Below are positions 56,091-64,000 of a stretch of 64,000 bases of DNA, piece after piece. Under the pieces are notes generated by a model. The model saw only the letters and a list, made by a program, of their open reading frames with translations. It ran no database searches and was not told the origin of the DNA. Origin of the DNA: Flavobacteriales bacterium (GTDB taxonomy: Bacteria > Bacteroidota > Bacteroidia > Flavobacteriales_D > Sanyastnellaceae); the NCBI GenBank assembly GCA_028823145.1, contig JAPKCA010000001.1:240-64239 (forward strand), given 5' to 3'. Every line of letters begins with the position of its first letter. Position 1 is the stretch's first letter. The position numbers and the translations under genes are program-made.

Positions 56091-57023
56091 ATGAAAATTA
56101 CAACTTTACTCACGGTAGCGGCTACTTTGACTTCGGTCATATCTAGCGCACAATGCACCGATTTATTTATATCTGAATACCTGGAAGGAACTGGCAACAA
56201 CAAGGGGCTCGAGTTCTACAACCCGACGTCAGAAACCATCAACCTCTCTGGTTATCAATTGCAGCGTTGGAGCAATGGCGAAGGCACAGCGACCGATTGG
56301 GTCGACTTGATTGGCGAAGTTGCCCCGTTCGGCACCTGGGTATTGGTCAATGGACAAACGGAAGATGTGGACCTCGGCGGTGGAGCAACTTCTCCTTTGT
56401 GCGATCCAGCTATGCAGGCTCTTGCAGATCAATTGGACAACCCGTACCCTGCTCCTACCTACATGAACGGAGATGACGCATTGGTATTGGTCAAAAACAT
56501 CACGACCATTTTGGATATTTTTGGAAAACCCGGTGAGGATCCTGGTGTGGCTTGGACCAACGATGAAGCGAACGGATACATCGATATCGGAGATGGAGCA
56601 GCATGGTTGACTTCCAATCATACGTTGCGTCGCAAATATGACGTAATCCAAGGCGTTGTAATACCTCCAGTAAGCTTCAACACCTTCTTGGAATGGGATA
56701 CGTTGGTGGTGAACACGTGGGATGGATTGGGTGAGCATTTTTGTGCCTGCAATCCAAACGAAGTTGCTGAAATGAGTCCAGCTGTGACTACGTCGGTTTT
56801 CCCGAATCCTTCCTCAAATGGCATGTTGACCATCCAAGCGGATGCTCGGATTATGAAAGTGACCATTCACTCCATGACAGGCGCTTTGGTCTGCGAAGAA
56901 TTTGCAATTCCGGGCGGCTCACTGGCTGGCTGGAAGACACGTGAATTGAACGCAGGTTCCTACATCGTCAATTTGTACGTCGAAGGCGGAAAGACCTTTG
57001 CTCATCAAGTTTTGATTCAATAA
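56091..57023 (+). CDS. Secreted lamin-tail-domain (LTD) protein with a T9SS C-terminal domain
   Basis: Signal peptide MKITTLLTVAATLTSVISSAQ. DLFISEYLEGTGNNKGLEFYNPTSETINLSGYQL resembles the LTD at the N-terminus of ExeM/NucH-type extracellular nucleases. CTD SVFPNPSSNGMLTIQ... Confidence 0.7.
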   Translation: MKITTLLTVAATLTSVISSAQCTDLFISEYLEGTGNNKGLEFYNPTSETINLSGYQLQRWSNGEGTATDWVDLIGEVAPFGTWVLVNGQTEDVDLGGGATSPLCDPAMQALADQLDNPYPAPTYMNGDDALVLVKNITTILDIFGKPGEDPGVAWTNDEANGYIDIGDGAAWLTSNHTLRRKYDVIQGVVIPPVSFNTFLEWDTLVVNTWDGLGEHFCACNPNEVAEMSPAVTTSVFPNPSSNGMLTIQADARIMKVTIHSMTGALVCEEFAIPGGSLAGWKTRELNAGSYIVNLYVEGGKTFAHQVLIQ

Positions 57024-57027
57024 AAGC

Positions 57028-59880
57028 ATGCGGATCGCTTCGTTCTGGTTTTTCGCGTTTCTGCTGTGCGCGATAGGTGTCAACGCCCAACAAAGCGGCA
57101 AAATATATGGCGTAGTTTCAGATGCAATCACCGGTGAAACATTGATTCAAGCATCTGTTCGGTTGGGAAATTCTGGCGTTGCTACGGATTTTGACGGGCG
57201 CTATGAAATGGGGCTTCCTTACGGACAACATGACATTACCGTAAACTACATCGGTTACGAAAGTCAGACAAGGACCATCACCGTTGATAGCCCACAGTTG
57301 CAGGTCAATTTTACCTTAGCTACCATTGTTTTGCGCGAGGCAGAAGTGATCGCTGATGTCGCCATTGAAAGAGAAACCCCCGTGGCTTTTTCCAACATCA
57401 AACCGGTCCAAATTCAAGAGGAATTGGGTTCACAACCCATTCCCATGATTTTGAATTCTACGCCTGGTGTGTATGCCACTCAAGCAGGTTCGGATGACAA
57501 TGGCCCGTCCATTTCGATTCGCGGATTCAAGCAACGCAATGTTTCTGTTCTCATCGATGGTATCCCTGTCAATGACATGGATAGCGGTGGTGTTTTTTGG
57601 AACAACTGGTTTGGACTTGATATGGTGACACAAACCATGCAGGTCCAGCGGGGATTGGGGGCCTCCAAACTCGCATTGCCTGCAATTGGTGGCACGGTCA
57701 ACATTGTGACCCAGGGCATTGAAAGCAAGCGCAAGACGTCTGTCAAGCAGGAAGCTGGAAGTTTCGGGTTCACCCGGACCTCAATTGGCCACACAAGCGG
57801 ACGATCAGATGGTGGCTGGGGGTATACCCTCGCAGGAAGTTTTCAAAATCGCCAAGGGTATTTTGACCAAGACTACAACCGTGCGTTCTTCTATTATGTG
57901 AAGGTTCAAAAGGCGATGGGGAATCACACGTTGTCGATCAGCGCTACAGGATCTCCATCTGAAAATGCGTCCCGGGGCTACCAGCAGAGGATTGCCACCC
58001 ATGATAAAGACTTCGCGCGAAACCTGTTTGAAGGCACGGACGATGAGTATGAATACCTGCGCGGCTACAGCCAAGGCTATGACGGAATCTTCAACAATGA
58101 CACGTTGTTGGAGCCTGAAGAACAAGCGGCATATGCTGAACTGAACGCGGAGTATGGTTACAATTCCTCGGATGATTTTGAAGAGGAAGTTTCTGCGACT
58201 GACTTCATAGACACCACCGGATTGGTGAGCTACGGCAACGGCTACAATGTGCACTGGGGCGAGCTCAACAATGAGGTGTTGTACGAAAGGCAAAACAAGT
58301 ACCACAAACCCCTCTTCTCCGTGCGCCACAACTGGCGCGCCACGGAAAAATTGTACATCTCCAACATGGCTTATGCGAGTTACGGATACGGCGGTGGTTC
58401 ACGGTTGGAAAACAGCTTAGGTGCCGGTGATTACACGCCCGACGGCCAAGTCGACTTCCAGAAGTTCTACAACACCAATACCATTGGCGGATTGTTCGGC
58501 CCTCCCATTGACCCGACCTACAGTGATTCATTGCTGAAGTCTACTCGGATTCTTCGAAAATTGTACAACAACCACTATTGGTACGGTGTGCTATCGACGT
58601 TCCGTCATGAGACAACGGAGAACCTGACATTGTCAGGTGGCTTGGATTTCCGCACGTACCAAGGCGAGCACTACGCGGAGGTACACGACCTGTTAGGCGG
58701 CGACTATTTTATTGACAATCGGAATGCCAACGCAACAAGCAATATGCGGACTGTTGGCGACAAAATCGGATACCACAACGATTCATTTGTGCGCTGGGGT
58801 GGCGCATTTGCCTTGCTCGAATACAAAGGATACGTATGGAATGCCTTCCTTAACATCAGCGCCGTCACTCAAGGGTACAAGAGTGTTGACTATTTCTCTG
58901 AACCCAATGAGGACGGATCCTTCGCGACAAGTGGTTGGAAATGGATTCCCGGATACACGATCAAAGCAGGCGGGAACTACAACCTGTCTGAGTACTCCAA
59001 TGCGTTCGTCAACTTGGGCCATTTGAACCGAACACCGGTGTTCCGAAGTGTCGTGGATTACGAAAACGAATTTGTCCAAAACACCGAGAATGAATTGATC
59101 AATTCCGTGGAATTGGGATACAGTTTCAGCAAGTTCCCTTTTAGCGCGAACATCAATGCATACTACACGGATTGGCAAAACCGTCCGCTCCAATCGCTTT
59201 TGCGCTATGAAACCGTTGATGGCGATATCGTGCGAGCCAATGTGAACTCCATGAGTGCCGTGCACAAGGGCATCGAAGCCGATGCTGCATGGCAGGTGCG
59301 TCGCAACCTGACCATCGAAGGATACATCAGCCTGGGTGACTGGAAGTGGACGAGCTCTGAAGATAGCTTGGTGCTTTTGGATGAAAACACGAATTTGCAA
59401 TACTTCGATCAGGAAGGAAATCCAGCCATTGTCCAATACAATGCGGAAGGTGTGGCAGTGGGAGATTCTCCACAGCGGCAATACAGCATGTCCATCAAGT
59501 ATTCATTCAAGAAGTTCTATATCAAACCAAGATTTACGGTGTTCAGTAGGCATTATGCCGATTTCGACCCGTTCAGCCTCTACGGTGAAAATGAAGGCCG
59601 TCAATCGTGGCAAATCCCCACCTACGGTTTGCTCGACTTGCATACAGGATACAATATGGATATCGGTGGGAGCAATGTTGACTTCCGCTTGAGCGCATTC
59701 AATATTTTGAACACGGTATACTTGAGCAACGCTCAAAACAACGATGCCTTTGGCCAGTATTATTTCAATGATCCAGGCCGCAAATACGCCTTTAGTCAAA
59801 ACAACTTCGATGCTGGATCAGCCAGTGTCTACATGGGATACGGATTCCGAACCAACTTCTCCGTCCGAGTCCGCTTCTAA
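57028..59880 (+). CDS. TonB-dependent receptor with an N-terminal carboxypeptidase-regulatory-like domain
   Basis: GKIYGVVSDAITGETLIQASVRL (CarbD-like), a plug region (GSDDNGPSISIRGF..RNVSVLIDGIPVND), a long beta-barrel, and a terminal ...VRVRF. Confidence 0.85.
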   Translation: MRIASFWFFAFLLCAIGVNAQQSGKIYGVVSDAITGETLIQASVRLGNSGVATDFDGRYEMGLPYGQHDITVNYIGYESQTRTITVDSPQLQVNFTLATIVLREAEVIADVAIERETPVAFSNIKPVQIQEELGSQPIPMILNSTPGVYATQAGSDDNGPSISIRGFKQRNVSVLIDGIPVNDMDSGGVFWNNWFGLDMVTQTMQVQRGLGASKLALPAIGGTVNIVTQGIESKRKTSVKQEAGSFGFTRTSIGHTSGRSDGGWGYTLAGSFQNRQGYFDQDYNRAFFYYVKVQKAMGNHTLSISATGSPSENASRGYQQRIATHDKDFARNLFEGTDDEYEYLRGYSQGYDGIFNNDTLLEPEEQAAYAELNAEYGYNSSDDFEEEVSATDFIDTTGLVSYGNGYNVHWGELNNEVLYERQNKYHKPLFSVRHNWRATEKLYISNMAYASYGYGGGSRLENSLGAGDYTPDGQVDFQKFYNTNTIGGLFGPPIDPTYSDSLLKSTRILRKLYNNHYWYGVLSTFRHETTENLTLSGGLDFRTYQGEHYAEVHDLLGGDYFIDNRNANATSNMRTVGDKIGYHNDSFVRWGGAFALLEYKGYVWNAFLNISAVTQGYKSVDYFSEPNEDGSFATSGWKWIPGYTIKAGGNYNLSEYSNAFVNLGHLNRTPVFRSVVDYENEFVQNTENELINSVELGYSFSKFPFSANINAYYTDWQNRPLQSLLRYETVDGDIVRANVNSMSAVHKGIEADAAWQVRRNLTIEGYISLGDWKWTSSEDSLVLLDENTNLQYFDQEGNPAIVQYNAEGVAVGDSPQRQYSMSIKYSFKKFYIKPRFTVFSRHYADFDPFSLYGENEGRQSWQIPTYGLLDLHTGYNMDIGGSNVDFRLSAFNILNTVYLSNAQNNDAFGQYYFNDPGRKYAFSQNNFDAGSASVYMGYGFRTNFSVRVRF

Positions 59881-59890
59881 TCGTCATATC

Positions 59891-62092
59891 ATGAAAAAAT
59901 TTCAACTCTTCTTCTTGGCCTTTCTCGCTGGCAGCTTCGGCACGGCCATGGCGCAAACAGACATCTTAGATGCACGAACCAACTACAGTGTTGGACAATC
60001 CGTTACCGTTTCAGGCATTGTAACCAGCGATGGTAATTTGGGAATTGTTCGGTATTTGCAGGATGAATCTGCAGGAATTGCTCTTTATCCTGGAGGAGAA
60101 TGGAGCACATTGGGATTTGCTGACCCACAACCAGGAGACGCGTTGACCATGACTGCCGTTTTAAGCGAATACAACGGATTGCTCGAAGTGGGGCCCGATG
60201 ACATCACCCAGGTTGACGTGACTTCGGTAGGAAACCCGTTGCCTGAAGCGCAAACGGTCACGCCAGCTCAATTGGATGAATCCATGGAAGGGGAAATCGC
60301 GTACATCGAAGGCGTCGTATTCACCAACGGTGGATCCATGATTACAGGAAACAGCACCTTCAGCTTCTCCGCCAATGGGGAAGATGGAATCATCTACGTT
60401 CGGAATGACAACGAGCTCGTTGGTCTTGTGCTCCCAGCGGGAGAAGTCAACCTCTACGGCATTGTTTCCCAATTCTCATTCGATGGTTTTGGAGGATACC
60501 AGCTGTTGCCGCGTGGGTCTGCTGACTTGATCCCGACTTCTGCGATCAACCTTAGCGCACAGGTCGATCAAATCAACTTGACCACGACCAGTTTTGACCT
60601 CACGTGGTCCACGGATGTACTCGGAGATTCTCATGTCGAATATGGCTTGACGCCAGAGATGGGCATGGAGGTGGTGGATGACATGCAGTTGTTGAATCAC
60701 CAATTGTCATTGACTGACTTGAGTCCTGGAACCGTTTATTGGGCACGCGTGATTTCAATTGCCGGAGAAGACTCCACGTTTTCTGCAGTTCGTCCGTACG
60801 CGACGGTCTCAGAATCCCCGGGATACATTCGTGCGTATTTCACACGGGAAGTCGACAACAGTGTAGCGACCATCGAAAATGCGGCGACCCTTGGCACAAA
60901 TACGAATGACACCATTGCAGCTTACATCGCTACCGCTCAAAACACCTTGGACATCGCTGCATACAACCTGAACAATTCCGCCATCGAAAACGCGATCAAT
61001 TTGGCGGTTGAAAATGGAGTGCAAGTGAGGTATATCGCCGAAGGACAAAATGCCAACTTGGGATTGAGCAATGTGGACGACAGCGTTCCGGTTCACTTCC
61101 GGACGGATGGTGAAGGCAGCGGCATGCACAACAAATTCATCGTTGGCGATGCTGAAAGCACGGAACGGGCATTTGTATTGACAGGTTCAACCAATTTCAC
61201 CACAGGCAACCTCAACACAGACCCAAACAACGTGATCATTTTTGGAGACCAAAGCTTGGCCCGGGGATACACGTTGGAGTTTAATGAAATGTGGGGATCT
61301 GATGGCCCAGAGCCCAATGCGGCGAACTCACGTTTCGGCGCACTGAAGACGGTCAACACACCAAAACGCTTCATCATCGGCGGGAGTTCTGTTGAATTGT
61401 ACTTCTCTCCGACTGATGGTACCACCTCAGCCATCGAGCAAGCCATTCAGTCCACCGACTATGACCTATCCTTTGCTGTGCTTGCGTTCACACGAAACGA
61501 TTTAGGTGCGGCGGTGATTGAAGCTGGATCAAGCATCTTTATCAATCCCCAGGGAGCCATCGAAGATGTCAACTCCACCGGTTCTGAATACGATGCCCTT
61601 TTGGATGCTGGAATCGCCGTCTACAGCCACACCGGAATCTCGGGGCAACTCCACCACAAGTATGGGATCATTGACCAGAGTGAACCCTTGTCTGACCCAA
61701 CAGTTGTCACCGGTTCGCACAACTGGTCAACCACAGCGGAGACCACCAATGACGAGAATACGGTCATTGTCCATGACGCGCGTGTAGCCAACCTCTACTT
61801 CCAAGAATTCAGTGGATTGCTCAATGCCATGGGCGTTGGCATCCATGAAGCGGGCGAAGACCAGCCTTTGTGTCATGTTTTCCCCAACCCGGCCACCAGT
61901 ACAATCACCATACAATTGACCGAATTGGCGTCAATGGGTGATTGGATTCGGCTTTTGGATGGTCAAGGCCGTTTGGTCCTCACCGAACAAATCATGGGAA
62001 CTTCCACTCGCTTGGAAATCGGGCATTTATCTGCAGGAATCTACTTGATGCAGTACGGCAATAGTCAACCTTCACAACTGGTGATCCAGTAA
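59891..62092 (+). CDS. Secreted OB-fold / Fn3-like / phospholipase-D-superfamily (two HKD motifs) protein with a T9SS C-terminal domain
   Basis: Signal peptide MKKFQLFFLAFLAGSFGTAMAQ. OB-like VGQSVTVSGIVTSD...LSEYNGLLEV. A purple-acid-phosphatase-N-like LTWSTDVLGDSHVEYGLT. HKD motifs MHNKFIVGD...GSTNFT and LHHKYGIID...GSHNWS. CTD VFPNPATSTITIQL. Confidence 0.8.
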   Translation: MKKFQLFFLAFLAGSFGTAMAQTDILDARTNYSVGQSVTVSGIVTSDGNLGIVRYLQDESAGIALYPGGEWSTLGFADPQPGDALTMTAVLSEYNGLLEVGPDDITQVDVTSVGNPLPEAQTVTPAQLDESMEGEIAYIEGVVFTNGGSMITGNSTFSFSANGEDGIIYVRNDNELVGLVLPAGEVNLYGIVSQFSFDGFGGYQLLPRGSADLIPTSAINLSAQVDQINLTTTSFDLTWSTDVLGDSHVEYGLTPEMGMEVVDDMQLLNHQLSLTDLSPGTVYWARVISIAGEDSTFSAVRPYATVSESPGYIRAYFTREVDNSVATIENAATLGTNTNDTIAAYIATAQNTLDIAAYNLNNSAIENAINLAVENGVQVRYIAEGQNANLGLSNVDDSVPVHFRTDGEGSGMHNKFIVGDAESTERAFVLTGSTNFTTGNLNTDPNNVIIFGDQSLARGYTLEFNEMWGSDGPEPNAANSRFGALKTVNTPKRFIIGGSSVELYFSPTDGTTSAIEQAIQSTDYDLSFAVLAFTRNDLGAAVIEAGSSIFINPQGAIEDVNSTGSEYDALLDAGIAVYSHTGISGQLHHKYGIIDQSEPLSDPTVVTGSHNWSTTAETTNDENTVIVHDARVANLYFQEFSGLLNAMGVGIHEAGEDQPLCHVFPNPATSTITIQLTELASMGDWIRLLDGQGRLVLTEQIMGTSTRLEIGHLSAGIYLMQYGNSQPSQLVIQ

Positions 62093-62113
62093 AGGCGCAA
62101 AAACTTGAATCTG

Positions 62114-62147
62114 AAAGCGGCGTTCCACAGGGACGCCGCTTTTTTGT
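62114..62147 (+). terminator. Rho-independent terminator
   Basis: aaagcggcgt-tccacaggg-acgccgcttt followed by tttg. It lies between the convergent 59891..62092 and 62159..63682 genes. Confidence 0.75.
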
Positions 62148-62158
62148 TGCGCCAAATA

Positions 62159-63682
62159 TTAGCGCAACAATTGAAACGAGCCTGTCAGGGTTGCGATTGG
62201 GTTGTCTGCTCCCGAATAATTCGTTTCTCCCTTTATATCAATAACAGTCAGGTTGTCCAATCCTATTGGAATGCGAATCTCATACCAATACGTGCCCTCG
62301 GTGGCCTCTTCTTGGCTTGGATCCCACCCCGCCGTTGCACCGAAATTATCCGATGAATACATCATCACCCCCCAACGATCAAAAATCCGAACAGCACTCC
62401 CCGGCCAGGCATCCAATCCATCCACTAGGAAGGCATCATTCAAAGCATCGCCATTGTCCGGTGAAATAACGTTGGGCACCGTCAAACTACATTGCTCAGT
62501 CACAACCAGGTAGGAACCAGACCCTTCATAGCATGGAGGAACCGTGCTCATGATAACCGTGTACAATCCATCGCCAATGCTTTCTATGCCTGCACCATCG
62601 CCTGCTTGCTCCGTTACTGAGCCACCAGATGCTGTGTAAATCCACTCGTATTCATAGGCAGTCGATGTAGGCTGCATAACCACCCCGTCGACCCACAGAT
62701 TTGCCACATCATCCGGACAAACGGATATCATCCATTCATCCCACGGATTTGGCGGATCCAAACGCGTCAAGTCTATGGCCGCAAATCCTTCCCCCAAATT
62801 TCCACACGGGTCGGCTACAGATCCTGCCGCATCAATAATGAAAAGCTGGTGCAAACCATCGTTGATGATTGGCGATGAAATCGTCATGGAAAACAATGAA
62901 GCCAAATCTCCAGCTTGATCCAAAGGAACCAACCCAGCAAATCCATAGGAATTGCTTCCAGGACCCACCAACTCAAAATCTGCTGCTTCGACGGTAGATA
63001 CCAACACAAATTCATCTAGTTGAACGACAAAATCATTCAAGGTGCAATCCACTCCAATGCTATCAGGCTGAGGAGGCCATTGATCGTACAGACTGGCCGT
63101 AGACTGACCAAAATCGATGGTATACCCCTCCAAGCTGTTGGTCCAATTCATCACCACCAAAGCATATTCCTCGCCAGCCAATACAGGCAAGTCCGCATTG
63201 AATGCCGGACCATTCAGGTTGCCCGGTCCGTTGGATGCACCCGTTCCGCCGTTGGCGGTAGAAATACCTGTTGGCCCATTGGGTGTTGGAGCCGCTACAC
63301 CGTATGAGTTGCAACCAACTTCCGGAGACAAAATCGGCGAACCAACGCCTTCACATCCTCCACTGGTAATATCAAACAATCCCCAATCGTAATCGTCCAT
63401 GGGATTGATGGGATCCAAAATAAAACTAAGCAGACCATCCTCTTGCACCGTAAAAGTGTACCAAACACTGCTCTGCTCTAGATTTGCATTGCACGCACCT
63501 GTATACTCGTAAAAGTCACCGGTATTGAGGGTCGCTTCCGTTTCGGTGTACAAATCCCCGCACAAGACAACCCCTCCTTCGCAATCGCTGATGGTTTGAG
63601 AAAGGGCGCCCATCGTGCTCAGTACGAACAAGACCGAAAATCCACAGGGTACAGCCAACGATACCTTTATTTTTCTATCCAT
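62159..63682 (-). CDS. Secreted protein with a gliding-motility-associated (T9SS type B) C-terminal domain
   Basis: Signal peptide MDRKIKVSLAVPCGFSVLFVLSTMGALSQ. The C-terminus VPNVISPDNGDALNDAFLVDGLDAWPGSAVRIFDRWGVMMY...GTYWYEIRI resembles the CHU_C/type-B CTD. Confidence 0.75.
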   Translation of the reverse strand: MDRKIKVSLAVPCGFSVLFVLSTMGALSQTISDCEGGVVLCGDLYTETEATLNTGDFYEYTGACNANLEQSSVWYTFTVQEDGLLSFILDPINPMDDYDWGLFDITSGGCEGVGSPILSPEVGCNSYGVAAPTPNGPTGISTANGGTGASNGPGNLNGPAFNADLPVLAGEEYALVVMNWTNSLEGYTIDFGQSTASLYDQWPPQPDSIGVDCTLNDFVVQLDEFVLVSTVEAADFELVGPGSNSYGFAGLVPLDQAGDLASLFSMTISSPIINDGLHQLFIIDAAGSVADPCGNLGEGFAAIDLTRLDPPNPWDEWMISVCPDDVANLWVDGVVMQPTSTAYEYEWIYTASGGSVTEQAGDGAGIESIGDGLYTVIMSTVPPCYEGSGSYLVVTEQCSLTVPNVISPDNGDALNDAFLVDGLDAWPGSAVRIFDRWGVMMYSSDNFGATAGWDPSQEEATEGTYWYEIRIPIGLDNLTVIDIKGETNYSGADNPIATLTGSFQLLR

Positions 63683-63734
63683 TTCGTCTTCAGCTATTTG
63701 AATGGCATCAAGGTAAACAAATTGACAAGCACAT

Positions 63735-63949
63735 TTAAAACGGATCACTCAACCACCATGCATCTCGGATGATTGCATCATTCAGGGTCTCAAGAAAGGC
63801 AACCAACCCCTCGCGTTCATCTTCCGTCAACGCCAACCGATAGGGCGGTTGACCAAGGGCACATCCTCCGCGTCATACCTACAACCAACGGTTGAAGCGG
63901 ACACGAGCAGAAAGAACACCAACGAATTTCTATAACCCAGCAGTCCCAT
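63735..63949 (-). pseudogene. Possible remnant of a cytochrome-c / di-haem peroxidase-like lipoprotein gene (N-terminal signal + C-terminal helix, frameshifted)
   Basis: The minus strand reads MGLLGYRNSLVFFLLVSASTVGCRYDAEDVPLVNRPIGWR*. In the +1 frame it continues LTEDEREGLVAFLETLNDAIIRDAWWLSDPF*. L(S/T)xxExxxLxAFLxxL is the usual last helix of c-type cytochrome and CCP/MauG domains. Confidence 0.3.
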
Positions 63950-64000
63950 TTGGACAATTTAGTGAGAAAGCTTCACAGTTCATACGCATCTCCAACCTGT

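Noticed and set aside
58783-59481. 232-aa, 174-aa (57805..58329) and 169-aa (56229..56738) minus-strand ORFs inside the TonB receptor and LTD genes
   Set aside because: They are antisense to genes with clear family signatures and have no motifs of their own.
1-64000. tRNA, rRNA, CRISPR arrays, transposases, integrases and phage genes
   Set aside because: I scanned the intergenic regions and the ORF list. I found no cloverleaf-compatible sequence, no regularly spaced direct repeats, and no recombinase-like ORF.

Overview
This is a 64 kb chromosomal segment that looks like a Bacteroidota (Flavobacteriia-like) genome. The taxon call rests on five predicted T9SS C-terminal sorting domains, a CarbD-type TonB-dependent receptor, TAnnTTTG-type promoter motifs and many Bacteroidota-typical DUF genes. 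I support about 58 CDS. I saw no rRNA, tRNA or CRISPR array.

The centre (about 6.2-44.9 kb) is mostly housekeeping: fabD, purE, etfBA, pdhB, hppA, glmM, a cysteine desulfurase, comA, aroE, murQ, upp, wecB, radC and rpsT.

Both ends are accessory and rich in secreted proteins. The most interesting items are:

1. A 2.4 kb low-GC islet (about 1.1-3.5 kb) carries a CPBP protease and a T9SS LRR protein. It is bounded and split by three mosaic copies of a repeat arranged L-core-R / x-core-R / L-core-y, and the core resembles a tRNA/tmRNA 3' end.
2. A tightly coupled minus-strand operon (48982-55631) encodes a Na+/solute symporter, a GHMP anomeric-type sugar kinase, a nucleotidyltransferase fused to a CutC domain, and a GH20 hexosaminidase. 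I read it as an amino-sugar salvage/activation route and as a Rosetta-stone clue to CutC function.
3. An operon (56091-62092) encodes a lamin-tail-domain protein, a TonB-dependent receptor and an OB-fold/PLD (two HKD motifs) protein. It could be an extracellular nucleic-acid or phosphodiester scavenging system.
4. A 1245-aa fusion combines a CRTAC1/ASPIC-like FG-GAP region, a domain with complete vanadium-haloperoxidase/PAP2 motifs, and a dockerin-like tail.
5. A membrane fatty-acid hydroxylase is fused to two CDGSH [2Fe-2S] motifs.
6. A DUF3127 protein ends in an SSB-like DDDDLPF tip.

All calls come from reading the translations and the DNA by eye. No searches were run.
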